64,000 nucleotides of DNA from Paraspadella gotoi (lineage: Eukaryota; Animalia; Chaetognatha): the NCBI GenBank assembly GCA_051294375.1, contig CM119266.1, forward strand, positions 17,726,087 to 17,790,086, read 5' to 3'. The notes below the pieces were generated by a model. It was not told the origin of the DNA. It did no database searches and saw only the letters and a program-made list of their open reading frames with translations. Shown here in pieces: positions 36,501 to 47,643 of this stretch (positions are counted from its first letter, which is position 1; each line of letters begins with the position of its first letter). The position numbers and the translations under genes are program-made.

Positions 36501-38387
36501 GTAAGGAGACGCCAAAGCCCCGACTTCTCAAATCAGCCTCGCCGCATCTCTCATCTTCCAACACGACTACCTCCCCGATCAAGACGTTGAAAATCTTATC
36601 GCCGAGTCCCAATGCGTTGAAAGGCTCCTTGCTCGATGGAAACGCGATATTCAAGGACGCCGTCATCGCGCCCAAGTCGTTCGGTCATCGCGGCCTCAAA
36701 GAAGATTCGGCGAGTGACGAGTTGCGTCACTTGGAGGCAACCGTTGCCAAGACGACGCCTCTTCTCGGCGGAACGATTCTCTTGTCTGCTTTGCCCAACA
36801 CTTTGGTCGGATCCTCAATCGCAGCCCCGATGGGCTCCTCGGTCGTATCGGCGTCTCTGTTGGGCCAACCTCCCGCGAAACGCATGCTGCAGCAAATACA
36901 GCACGAGATGGCTCACGACCAGCAGCAGCAGCAGCAATTTGAAAAGAGCCAATCCCAACCGCTGCACCTAGACAAGCCCTATCCAGTTTTGCAACTGAAG
37001 GCCACGACTCCGTTCGAGATTTCGTCGCAGCCTTTGAATCTGGAAAAGATTCATAATCCCATCATCAATAAGACACAACCTTTAGATACTCCAATGTTTT
37101 CTTTGAAGACGATGACGCCGGAAATGGCCGGCATCTCTCCGGCCAAGGGACTCGATCCAGCGACGGGATTCGTTTCCATCAAAGCTTCGCCGGAATCCCT
37201 GCCGCCACCGCCGGCACCGCCGCCGCTGACCCAACAGCTGGAAGCCTCGCGTCCCATTTTATTCGAGTCATCGAGAATCGTTCCTCTCGGTCTGACGGTG
37301 GCGTCCGCACCCCCGGATGTGAAACCGGCGCCGCGATCGACGCCGGAGAAGAGAAGGAGCGACGCCTCCGAGTCGAAGACACCGGAGGAGTCCTCGCCAA
37401 AGACGAACGCTAAAAAATACTCGTGCGGGGAATGTGGGAAAAAATTCTCGTGGGAGAAAAATCTCAAGGTGCATCTGAGATCTCACACCAACGAACCAAA
37501 ACCGTACGGTTGCGACTTTTGCAGCAAGAGATTTACCAGGCGACAGCACGCCAAGCATCACCTCATTTTGCAGGTGGGTATCATTAATAATTTAATACAA
37601 ACCTCAAACCACCAAATATGTCCAAAGTCAGGGGTAAGATAGCTTATTTATTAATTGAATGGTTAATTTTTATATTGGTTGTAGCAATTTCATAAATAGG
37701 TAACTACTGCTCTTGATTCGCTATCAAGTTCCTTAGTCTCATTTGTATATTGTTGCAACTTTATTTATTTTTCATAGGTTTTGCTTAGGTTTTTTACACC
37801 GTACAATAAAAAATAAAAAGGTTGCAAAGTTTGTTTATTGTTTAAAAAAAAAGCACTTAACCGTTATAACCATGAAGCGTTATTCCAAACAGCACGCGGC
37901 GGAGGCGGCCGCCGCTGGCATCGTCGTCTCGACTTCTTCCACTCCGACGCCTCTGGTAGAGAAACGGAGTTTGGAGGAGGAGATTGCGTTGGCGGAGACG
38001 CAACGCCTCGTGGCCAACATCCAGCGGACGCCCGTTTTCGGATGTCCCATCTGTCGGCGCGCCTTTTCTCAAGTTTCGGAACTGGAACGCCACGTGTCCA
38101 CACACAACGGGTCCAAGCCCCACGCCTGCCTCGTCTGTGGCAAAGGCTTCTCGCGCAAAGAGGCTCTCAAGGAGCACAGGATGACGCAGCACGCAGACGC
38201 CAAGTCGGCCGCGCCAGTGCTGCAGGAGATCGGCGTCGAATCCGCGGCGTCGCTGCTGGACTCGGCCACGCCATCCACTCCGTCGCCAGGACCGCGGACG
38301 TCGCCGCCGACGGAGTCAGCAGTAGCCGCCACTGCTCCGCTGTCCTTGGCGCCTCAACCGATTTCTGTTCGCACGATCACGAGTTAA
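27509..38387 (+). CDS. Large C2H2 zinc-finger protein (12 exons, 6 fingers in 3 pairs, long low-complexity N-terminus)
   Basis: Exons 27509-27590, 28070-28191, 28255-28694, 31302-31610, 32045-32884, 33954-34106, 34215-34336, 34544-34657, 34736-35074, 35337-35627, 36009-37573, 37893-38387 are all phase-compatible GT-AG. Fingers begin CTLCGKRF, CRFCSKAF, CGECGKKF, CDFCSKRF, CPICRRAF and CLVCGKGF. The 5' exons are supported by splice phase only. Confidence 0.78.
27935..28055 (+). repeat. Interspersed repeat shared with 41998-42365
   Basis: tttttagttgcgccgcg...gaaagttattgtagt.atg...catgtcac.aaaaatacac..gataaggcagt.actgc...ttaccgttatt occurs at both sites. Confidence 0.75.
29625..29995. repeat. 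Degenerate minisatellite (tatcatcgcatcaat / atcaatca units)
   Basis: Tandem ~20-27 bp units are visible. Confidence 0.85.
30928..30957 (+). pseudogene. 3' fragment of tRNA-Leu with encoded CCA (retroposed, or SINE head remnant)
   Basis: gcgtgggttcgaatctcaccgctgcca+cca matches the T-arm and acceptor 3' strand of eukaryotic tRNA-Leu(AAG/TAG). The 5' half is missing. Confidence 0.6.
31706..31938. mobile_element. Second Penelope-like palindromic remnant with hammerhead core, flanked by a 13-bp TSD
   Basis: Inverted arms attaaatacttattttcactatggagtaaca / tgttactccatagtgaaaataagtatttaat, with inner arms tcatcagtggct / agccactgatga. Direct repeat aaaatataaatta at 31693-31705 and 31939-31951. Confidence 0.68.
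31853..31890 (+). ncRNA. Minimal hammerhead ribozyme core (probably decayed)
   Basis: CUGAUGA-U-GACUUAA(AAA)UUAAGUC-GAAA-UAUAU-GUU has a perfect 7-bp helix II and a near-palindromic helix III. Helix I is not evident. Confidence 0.58.
33057..33765. mobile_element. Tc1/mariner-type MITE with long TIRs and TA target duplication
   Basis: TA|cagaaggcttcatattataaaatgtg ... cacattttataatatgaagccttctg|TA. Imperfect inversion continues about 200 bp inward (aaatggaactatcgaggcgaattt / aaattcgcctcgatagttccattt). Confidence 0.88.
35666..35880 (+). mobile_element. ~230 bp GC-rich interspersed repeat, copy 4
   Basis: tatagcaacagcc...ataccgccacaat has the same ends as copy 1. Confidence 0.85.
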
Positions 38388-39277
38388 GATCGAGTTAAAA
38401 TCTAGGATTTAGCAACCGTCGTAACCGTAAACAAAACAAAACAAAACAAAATATTTTATAGAAAAAAAAATCTGTGTGAAAAATCTTATTTCTTCCGTTC
38501 AAGAACGGATTTATACTTATTTATTCTCTCAAATCCAATATCTTTACGCATATCATTAGATTTATCGAGTTTTTATACTTTTTAACATTAGTAAAGTTAT
38601 TATTGTCCTTTTGATATTGCATTGTCTGTTGCATTTTATAATTAAGCGAGTCAGGGACTCAGGGTTTATATTTGTAAGTAATTTAGAGCTATTTAGCTGA
38701 ATCAATTATTGTAAGATATTGTTATATTATTGTAGGTAGACGAAAACATTAAAAATCCCTCAACGAAGTCTTTAAAATTAAGTTTTTAGTTTTGAATATT
38801 GATTCGTAAATTATTTAGTAATGTTAGTACAGTTTTAATCCCAGCCCATTCATTAGCATTTGTCCAAACTTGCCAATCTCACCTTCTGCCCGGGAAAGGC
38901 TGTTTGATAATATCCACGATCCCACATGAAAATGAAATGGAACGACTGGGCGTCGCGGATTCCCTCAAATTTGAAAAACTAATACTGGCCCACGAAATGA
39001 CTCTCGCTTGATTTATTCTTCTCGCTTAAATCATGAAAAATTGAAGAATGATGGTTAAATTTTTTTTTTTATAAATTAACGTTGCATTGGGTTTATCTAG
39101 TCTTTGAGCGTCTTTGATGTATATCTTTCAGGCACTGAACTCATTTCAGAGAAATGAGACTTCTCCGGACCGCTTTAACTCTGAGAGAAAAAACTTGTTT
39201 GAACGAAATCGATTGGGTCGGATCCCCGTCGCTTAACGGCGCCATTATTTAACGTGACGACAACGACAATCCGAGCG

Positions 39278-40950
39278 ATGAGAGTCTCCCCCCTCTTCTC
39301 TTTTCCTTTTCGTCGAGCAAGATGGATCTTTCCCGTCGTACGAGAATTAACAACAACAACATCAGCCATCGATGAGGAGACAAAAGAAGATAAACCGAGG
39401 AAGGGGAGTCTTCGAAGGCGAGTACAAGGAACGGCTCGATTAACAGTTTTCAGATAATTTACATACATTAATGAATAATGAATTATTTTCATTTCCCACC
39501 GGCAGCTCCGGACGCCCCGGAACGGAGATTCTCTTCGGCATCCACCCCGTGGCCGAAGCCTTGAGGCAATCCCGTCGAGAACTCCACGGTCTTTTCGTCC
39601 GAGAAGACTTCGCCTCAAACCCGAGACTCGCCGCCGTCGTCGCCGCCGCTCAGAGACTCCAATTGCCCGTGAAGATGGCGAGCATCGCACGACTCGATCG
39701 CCTCGCAAAAGTCGACAAGTTCAACAATTTCCGTCCGCATCAAGGAGTTTGTCTCAGTTGCGGGTGAGGATTTCATTTTGGCTCCCTCATTTTTATCTTT
39801 GTTACCTCTTATTGACAAAGTTTTGAGAAAAACAATCACCTCATTAGCGTGTGATGGACTAAGACTAAGTTTTAGGTTCAAGATTCGTCTCAATTATTTG
39901 TGATGGATATAAATTTGTGCCAGAGATTTTTCTCAAAGGTACGTGATGGATACGGTCTCGGGTTAATGTTTCGTTTCATATGTATGTGATGTAATTTTTT
40001 GTCAGATTTGTCCCAATTGTGAGTCAGGGCGATTAAGATTCGTGTTATGCACATAATTTATTATTAGCGATTCGTCTCAGTTGCGTGCAATGGACAAAGT
40101 TTTTGGTCTTATTCATTCCTCATTTTCCATCCTTTTCAGTTTTGAAATCCTTTCTTTCACTCCTTACAATCGATTTCTTTAGTCAAATCGACCCTGTCGT
40201 CCTTTCTTCCTACGACGACTTCCTCACCTCCTTCCCTATCCACACGCAATGGCTCTTTCCCTTCCTCGTCGACATCAACGACCCCATGAATTTCGGCGCC
40301 ATACTGCGGGCCGCCTTTTTTTTTGGCGTCGGTCACGTGATCGTCCACGGGCACCACTCGCTCCGGCGTCCCACGCCCGTTGTTTCGAAGGTTAGAGGCG
40401 GCGAAGAGAGATAATTTTTTCAAAGCGTAACCATATTTAAATGAGATTAAAGCGCTCTCCTTTTATAATATTAACCTAACCCCAGGCTTCGTCCGGTGCG
40501 GCTGAATCGATTCGTTTCGCCGAAGTCACCGACGCCGTCTCCTTCCTCGTCGACGCAAAGGACGCCGGGGACGCCGTAATCGGAACGATGGCACCGGATG
40601 CCGTAATGACGCCTCCGCCGCCGGGTCTCTCAATTCGTGACGCTGCCTCAGGACTCAACGTCCAGGCTGACGTCGTCTTCGGCGCCGACGGGCGACGAAC
40701 CACTTTCCTTCTCTTCGGCAGCGAAGGCGCGGGACTCGACGAGAGGCTGCAGCGACTGTGCGACTATCGACTCACTATCGGCGCCGGGGCGGCAGCTGCG
40801 GCTGCGGCATCGTCGTCGGTGGACTCTCTCAACGTCGGCGTCGCCGCGGGAATCGTTTTTCACGAATTGTTGACTCGAGAAGGAAGAGAAGAAAGGACGA
40901 ACGCGATGATGAAGAAGCTGGCAGACATCAACAGAAGCGGATTGACATAA
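39278..40950 (+). CDS. MRM1: Mitochondrial rRNA methyltransferase 1 (SpoU/TrmH family; 4 exons)
   Basis: Exons 39278-39417 (GC donor), 39506-39763, 40183-40390, 40486-40950. Motifs EILFGIHPV..AL, HQGVCL, DPMNFGAILRAA.FFGV, VVSKASSGA.E, GSEGAGL and VDSLNVGVAAGI. Confidence 0.88.
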
Positions 40951-41140
40951 ACAGAAGTGGACAGAAGCAAATCTGCCAAAACTGCTAAACCTGCCAAAAG
41001 AAAGTCTAGAATCCAGTGTTTTTTCTTTTGTTTTCAGTCGTCTGAATTTTCTCTGCTCCATGAGACACTAAAGTCTTCGCTTTAAAGGCTATTACATCCT
41101 TAACAAAAGAAGCCATTACAAGTCGATTACTTCTCGGACG

Positions 41141-41836
41141 ATGAATTCGAATTGCGTTTTTCTTTGGCGACGATCGTTGATAGAGAGTCGTCTTTTCTTT
41201 CGCGCTGACTCGAGCGGCGCCTTCGCCAACAATGGTCAAGCGAACAACGATGCCATTCCTAAGAAATCCCCGGTTATATGCCCATCTCACGATGTCCTCC
41301 CGAACGAATCGATCCTCTCCCCTACGCTCACTCATCTTGACGCCTCCGGCCACGCCTCAATGGTCGACGTAACCCCGAAACCGGCGACGGTCCGTTTCGC
41401 AGAAGCCGTCGCCCGCGTCACGATGCCCGGCGTCGTCACCGCCCAAATACGGCGCCGATCTGTCGCCAAAGGCGATGTTCTCGCGGTGGCGCGTGTGGCG
41501 GGAATTATGGGCGCTAAACGGACTAGCGATTTGATCCCGTTGTGCCACAACATCCCTCTGTCGGATGTGAAGATTAATCTCGAGATCGACGATGACGAAG
41601 TGACGTCGACGATCCACTCGTCGCCGCGGCGCTCCTTCGTCGACATCACGGCGACTGCTTCGGCTGAAGCTAAAACCGGCGTCGAAATGGAGGCGCTAAC
41701 GGCGGCGCTGACAGCAGCTTTGACCATTTACGACATGTGCAAGGGAATGTCGAGGGACATTGTCATCGAGGAGGTGCGATTAGTGAAGAAGACTGGTGGG
41801 AAGGAGGATTACGAGAGGAGGAAAGATGAGAGGTAG
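41141..41836 (+). CDS. MOCS1B: Cyclic pyranopterin monophosphate synthase MoaC/MOCS1B, stand-alone and intronless
   Basis: LTHLD..G.ASMVDV, KGDVL.VAR.AGIMGAKRTS.LIPLCH, TGVEMEAL, YDMCK and KTGGK, with a ~60 aa N-terminal extension. Confidence 0.93.
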   Translation: MNSNCVFLWRRSLIESRLFFRADSSGAFANNGQANNDAIPKKSPVICPSHDVLPNESILSPTLTHLDASGHASMVDVTPKPATVRFAEAVARVTMPGVVTAQIRRRSVAKGDVLAVARVAGIMGAKRTSDLIPLCHNIPLSDVKINLEIDDDEVTSTIHSSPRRSFVDITATASAEAKTGVEMEALTAALTAALTIYDMCKGMSRDIVIEEVRLVKKTGGKEDYERRKDER

Positions 41837-41997
41837 GATGAAAGGCAAGAGAAAATCTGATTGTGAAAATATGAGAGTTGGATAGTTCATGGGTCATCCT
41901 TAGATGATTAGATTCAGCTATTAAGACAACAAAAACGGATTGAATATACTTCATGTCGTTAAAATTAGCAATCCCCGTCTTGCCCCCTCTTCCCCTA

Positions 41998-42365
41998 TTT
42001 TTAGTTGCGCCGCGTGTACTCGCGGAGCAACTCTAGACTAGAAGTCACTTTTCGGTCGGTCGGTATTTCTCTCCGTCTGTCTGTCCCACTTACGTTAAAA
42101 ATGTTCCTCACTTGCATATAGTTGTTTGCTCATTTGTTAAGACAAGAAAAAACTTCAAATATAAGGGACTGCTAGGGCCGCTTTCAGGAAATCCTAAAAC
42201 TATAAAGAAAAAAAGACGAATTCCGACGCGGTGCGTGTCATATATACACGGGCTAAGAAAGTTATTGTAGTTATGTCATATCATGTCATGTCACAAAAAA
42301 TACACTGGATAAGGCAGTTACTGCGGCGCAACACATTTGAATTACCGTTATTGGTTCTTTATTTT
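41998..42365 (+). repeat. Interspersed repeat, longer copy of 27935-28055
   Basis: Shared 5' and 3' blocks, with a GTCY microrepeat inside. Confidence 0.7.
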
Positions 42366-42673
42366 CATTCATTTTTCCCCCACGGATCAACGACAATCAT
42401 TCATTTATTATTCATTTCTTTCCCCCCCAATTTCACATTTGCCATTTTTCTCTCCCCCCCCCCCGACTTGTCTTCTCAATGAAAAGTAAACATTTATAAG
42501 CTCGATTTTTCGTTTTCCTCCTTCGAGCGATTTGTTTTTGGTTTTTTTTTCACTAGTCGCGATTAAATTAAATTTAAATTTAAATTTTTCGTTAAAACGC
42601 ACCCTTATTCCTAAGGCGATCTAACCAAATAAAAAATCAAACCGAATCAAAAAAATCGACTCGTACGTAACAA

Positions 42674-43489
42674 ATGGCAGGACGACAAGACGTCTTCCAT
42701 TACGTTTACCAAGCAGACTCGCAACGTCGTTCCTTTTCGTCTCGCCCTCTGAATTATGTCCTCCAGAGACCGAACGGCCTTCAATTGAGAATCGGCTCCA
42801 ATTTTTTGCCTTCGAATCCAGACTATTTTCGCCTCTCGTCGAACGGACTTCCGAACGGCATCCACGTGCACCAACTCTGGTTTCGTCAACCACAAATCGC
42901 GACGCATCGACTCCGCGTCAACGCCGTTCAATATTCGCCTGGTCTCATGAACGTTGGTCTCGAACCATCAGACGGTGGACCTCAACCAGGAATCGAGCAA
43001 GATGCACCGCAGCCGGATCATCAGCCATTGCAAAATCATGAGCAGTTATTGGACGGTCAACCACAGCAGAACGAGGAACTCCAACACCTGAATGAACCAG
43101 AAGGAATAGTAAATGAACCATCGCAAGACGATGAAGAAATAGACAACCAACCTGAGCAGAACCAAGAACAACCGCGTGACGACCTGCCTCAACGGGAGGA
43201 AGAACAACATCGAGGCAACCAGCATCAACAAAATCATGTAGAAATGCAAGATCATCTTCAGGCAAATGAAAGAAACCCTCCGCCCTACTACTACTCCGGA
43301 CGATCGCGAGTTCGCCCGATGGGGCCGCTGATTCGAGCCACCCTCGCTCGACGTCTCCCGCCTCGACTCTACGAGTCCGAGACGCCGAGAAAACGGATGC
43401 GCAAATTCATGACTGCGACGGGATTCTCTCCCGTTTCTGTTCCCGTCGCCGACAACGAAGTCGTAGATGAAGTTTTATTCTTCGTCTGA
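42674..43489 (+). CDS. Intronless hypothetical protein (271 aa) with Q/E/N-rich middle
   Basis: Long ATG-initiated ORF in good context (caaATGG) with exon-like composition. Upstream acceptor ttttttttcactAG at about 42556. I recognise no family. Confidence 0.55.
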   Translation: MAGRQDVFHYVYQADSQRRSFSSRPLNYVLQRPNGLQLRIGSNFLPSNPDYFRLSSNGLPNGIHVHQLWFRQPQIATHRLRVNAVQYSPGLMNVGLEPSDGGPQPGIEQDAPQPDHQPLQNHEQLLDGQPQQNEELQHLNEPEGIVNEPSQDDEEIDNQPEQNQEQPRDDLPQREEEQHRGNQHQQNHVEMQDHLQANERNPPPYYYSGRSRVRPMGPLIRATLARRLPPRLYESETPRKRMRKFMTATGFSPVSVPVADNEVVDEVLFFV

Positions 43490-44231
43490 TGAGAACTTAC
43501 TAATTCGACGTCGCCTGATCGGACGACGGATCTTGATTGGCTGATTTCCCCTGATTGGACGAAGGCGCTTGATTTGTTGTTGAATCCGTCACTTGTTTAA
43601 TCAGCATCCTACGCAATTTCGGCTTTTAATACTGTGTGTTAGCCTTATTGTTTTCTGCAACTTGTGTAAAGCGCCGTGCAAATAGAAAATACAATTATTG
43701 ATTAATGAACTCCAATCGATTATTATTTCCCTCAAAAACAAACAGATTTATTGTAAAAAATTTTTTTACGGATTCATTTTTTACAAAATCTTTAATAACA
43801 ATTCATTTTGACAGGTGCTTAAACTTTAATTCAATTTGAGCTTTTTATATTTCAAATGGGGGGAAGAACAATTAATCTTCGTCTCATCGTGTAAGCAAAG
43901 TCCAAACATACCTTTTACGAAAATCTTTGCATCTTTGAGTTTCACCCATCTGTGATTGGTCAATGAGAATCTTCAAACTCTGATTGGTCCAGTGACCGAC
44001 GGATTCGAGGCTCAAGAGGGTAAGAGTTCGACTGCCCATGATGCGTACATTGTTTTCTACCGCAATTCCATTGATAAATCGTTCTTCACTTTTTTAACGA
44101 AGAAATTTATTTTTATACCCAACGCCGATTTTTATTTTTTTCTGGTTTTTCAGAGTTAAGAGCCTTGATAAAATAGTGTCATGTTATTGACCTAAAGCGC
44201 CATTGGTAAATCGCTCCGTTGCTTCACCGCA

Positions 44232-46675
44232 ATGTATCCATTACATCGATTGCATCCATTGCATGGATTCCCTAGATCGTGGAATTCAACAATTTCTTCC
44301 CTTTCTTTTCTTATCCTCAACTCGAGGAATATCTCGTCGGAATCGCTGCCCTTCGACGCGATCGTCGTCGGTGGAGGCCACGCCGGCGCGGAGGCCGCAG
44401 CCGCAGCGGCGCGGACCGGCGCGCCCACGCTGCTGCTGACTCTAGACTCGAACAAAATCGGGGAGATGTCGTGCAACCCTTCGTTCGGCGGGATCGGTAA
44501 GGGGCACCTGCTACGCGAGATCGACGCCCTGGACGGAATCTGCTCTCGCATCTGCGACGCGAGTGGGACTCAGTACCGCGTACTTAACCGGAGTCGTGGT
44601 CCCGCCGTTTGGGGACTCAGAGCTCAGATCGATCGCTCGCTTTACAAGTCGAAGCTTCAAGAGGAACTGAGAAGGACGACGAATTTAACCACGAAGGAAG
44701 CTTCGGTAGAAGACTTGATTTTGGATAGGTGTTGACTTAAATAGAGAAAGCCATCTAAAGCCGAAAAATAGATTGTCATTTTCCCTTACTTCAAATGTCT
44801 CAGTGAGCGTCGTCGTTGTCTCGGAGTTGTTCTTCACGACGGAAGCCAAGTCCACTCCAACGCCGTCGTCCTCACCACCGGAACTTTTCTTCGCGGCCTC
44901 ATCTCGATCGGATCCAAAACTATTCCCGCCGGCCGGCTGGGAGAGCAAGGCTCCACCGGCTTAGCCTCGACGCTGGAGCGTGCGGATTTTCGCCTGGGTC
45001 GCATGAAGACAGGAACGCCTCCACGTCTGGATGGCTCGACTGTGGATTTTCGCCAGCTGGAGACGTTGAGAGGCGACGATCCTCCTCTTCCTTTTTCCTT
45101 CCTTCATTCGAAGGTGTGCAGCAGTGTTAGGCGGCGAAACCAGCGTCCGCCCTAACAGGGTGTCACTGAGAGTCATAGCTCGGTACTACCACTGAATAGA
45201 TTGATCACGGGCAGTCGTGCGTTAAGTCTTTGCAGTTTGTACCCTGGAATCTACACTGTATTAGATCCGTAGAGAAACGAAACAATAACCAACCATTACT
45301 CTCCTTTACTCTTATAACTGAACACCCCTTCTATGGTATTAATAAATGAATGAATATTAAACCTATTTGTAAACAAATTAATATTCAAAATCAATAAATA
45401 TACGATGATGAATCTTCACGAAAGTTTCTTCCATGACAGGTGGAGATTCCGCCCGATCGCCAGATGCTTGCGCACGTAACCCACACTAACGACGACTCGC
45501 GACGCGTTTTCTTCTCACACGCGCACGAAGGCCTACACGTAAAGGAAGCAGTGCAGGGGCCTCGCTACTGCCCCTCGCTCGAATCTCGTCTGCTCCGTTT
45601 CGGCGACAGGATCCACCAGATCATCCTCGAACCCGAAGGTTTTAACTCGGACGTGATTTATCCACAAAATCTTTCTCTCTCTCTGCCGGAGGATGTTCAG
45701 CTGGAGTTGGTTCGTACCATCCGGGGTCTCGAGAACGCTTCCTTCACGATGCCAGGATACGCCGTCGAGTACGACTTTGTTGATCCTCGAGAACTTCGTC
45801 CCACTTTAGAAACAAAGAAAATCGAGGGTCTTTTCCTGGCAGGGCAAATTAACGGGACGACGGGTTACGAGGAGGCGGCCGCTCAGGGACTCGTCGCGGG
45901 AGTGAACGCCGCTCTCAAAAGCTGCGGGCGGACTTTCGTCGTTTCTCGATCACAAGGTTACGTCGGAGTCATGATAGACGATCTCACCGTACAGGGCGCA
46001 AGCGAACCTTATCGGATGTTCACCAGCCGCGCCGAGTTTCGACTTCATCTGCGACCGGACAATGCCGATGCCAGATTGACTCGATTAGGAAGGGAAGAAG
46101 GGAACTGCGTTTCTGACGAGCGATTCGCCGCCTTTCAGAGACAAAGATCTATTCTCTCTGAAATGAAGGAGGCTTTGAAAGTGTTTCGAATGACAATTGG
46201 GGAATGGAAACAACATTTTCCAATGAGATTCAAAGACTCGGACAGTTTCGCTAAAAAATCTGCTTGGGAAATTTTGAAAAGAGGCGAAGTCAGTGACTAC
46301 GATCTTCGGTTGGAAGAATTTATCTTGGATAAAATGGGGTCTCTTTTACCGTCAACATCCAATTGTCCCTTCGCTTTCCTTCGACTTCGAGCCGAGGCCC
46401 TTTACGAGTCGAGCGCCTGTCGTCAGGCGGACTTGATGGAAGAGGTTCGTCGCGAAGAGGCGCTGGTGTTGCCCGACTATCTCGATCTCGCCGCCGATGA
46501 TCTTGCCGGACTCTCGGCCGAAATAGCCGACAAACTGAGACTCGTACGGCCGACGACTTTAGGCGCCGCGGGTAGAATCGAGGGAATGACGCCCGTCGCT
46601 ATGGTCGCTTTGATGCGTCACGTGAAAAAGAGGAGAATAAATTATCCGTTATTAGTTGGAAAGGATTTTTCATAA
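44232..46675 (+). CDS. MTO1: Mitochondrial tRNA modification protein MTO1 (GidA/MnmG; 3 exons)
   Basis: Exons 44232-44728, 44804-45113, 45440-46675. Motifs [63 protein letters not shown] and [13 protein letters not shown]. Confidence 0.95.
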
Positions 46676-46823
46676 ATCACACTATAGTGTTGGTCAGTCT
46701 TTCCCCCTCTCCCCATGTGTGAAGTTTCATTAAATGACAAATTTGTGTCATGAATGATATATTTTGTTCAATTTTTGGAACTCCGTTTCAGTTTGTATAT
46801 TTTATTTCCGCCCGCGTCGCCGG

Positions 46824-47486
46824 ATGGATCTGGAGATTTGTAAACTGGCCTATGAAGGCAAAGGCGAAGAGGTGACCGCGCTGGGATCTCGCTCTCCTTC
46901 TCTCATCCCTCAAAAAGATTCCAGTGGGCGACAGGCGATCCATTGGGCCGCCTCTGCTGGCCACTGGAACATCTGCAATTGGCTCGTGACGCGAGGAAGT
47001 CCTTTCGACGATGCCGACGATTCCGGTTGGACGCCTTTAATGATCGCCGTCTCCGCCGGTCGCGCCGACGTCGTCGCCGACCTTCTTCGTCTCGGTGGCG
47101 ACGTTACTCATCGCAACGCCAACGGTCAAACGGCGCTACACTACGCGGCGTCGAAGAATCGTTCCGAGATCGCCGAGGCGCTTCTCTCCGCCGGCGCCGC
47201 CGTCGATGCTCTCGACGATTACGGCCACGCCCCTCTTCATCGAGCTGCTTCTCAGGGTCACATGGAGGCGACGCGGACGCTGGTCAACTTCGGCGCTCGA
47301 CTCGATATCCCGGACAAAGAGGGCAACACCCCAGTGCACTTGGCTTGCGAAGAGGACAGGCTAGAGACGCTGAAATTCTTGATGGGGAAGGGAGCGAATC
47401 TGCATGCAGAGAATGCGGAGAAAAAGACGCCGTTGCAGTTGGCGCCCGCGAGAGGAGCCATTGGTGCCAGTGCTTTTGCTGTCTAA
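46824..47486 (+). CDS. PSMD10: Gankyrin (26S proteasome non-ATPase regulatory subunit 10), intronless
   Basis: Ankyrin repeats with gankyrin-typical GWTPLMIA.SAGR, NGQTALHYAASKNR, LHRAASQG, EGNTP.HLACEE.R and N.EKKTPL. First ATG at 46824. Confidence 0.9.
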   Translation: MDLEICKLAYEGKGEEVTALGSRSPSLIPQKDSSGRQAIHWAASAGHWNICNWLVTRGSPFDDADDSGWTPLMIAVSAGRADVVADLLRLGGDVTHRNANGQTALHYAASKNRSEIAEALLSAGAAVDALDDYGHAPLHRAASQGHMEATRTLVNFGARLDIPDKEGNTPVHLACEEDRLETLKFLMGKGANLHAENAEKKTPLQLAPARGAIGASAFAV

Positions 47487-47643
47487 ATTGATAATAACGG
47501 CTTTAAATTTAAGTTCTTTATATTTTATATTTATTTTTATATTTTTAGTGTTAACGGTGAAGTTAAACAAACTTTTAAACTCGCATTTAGTGACAAATTC
47601 TTTATTTGAGAAACTCATCGTAAAAACTAAAAGGAAATAAAAA

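Noticed and set aside
43486-43512. CTGATGA followed by a short stem, a possible hammerhead
   Set aside because: No GAAA after the stem (it reads GAC), and no helix I or III.
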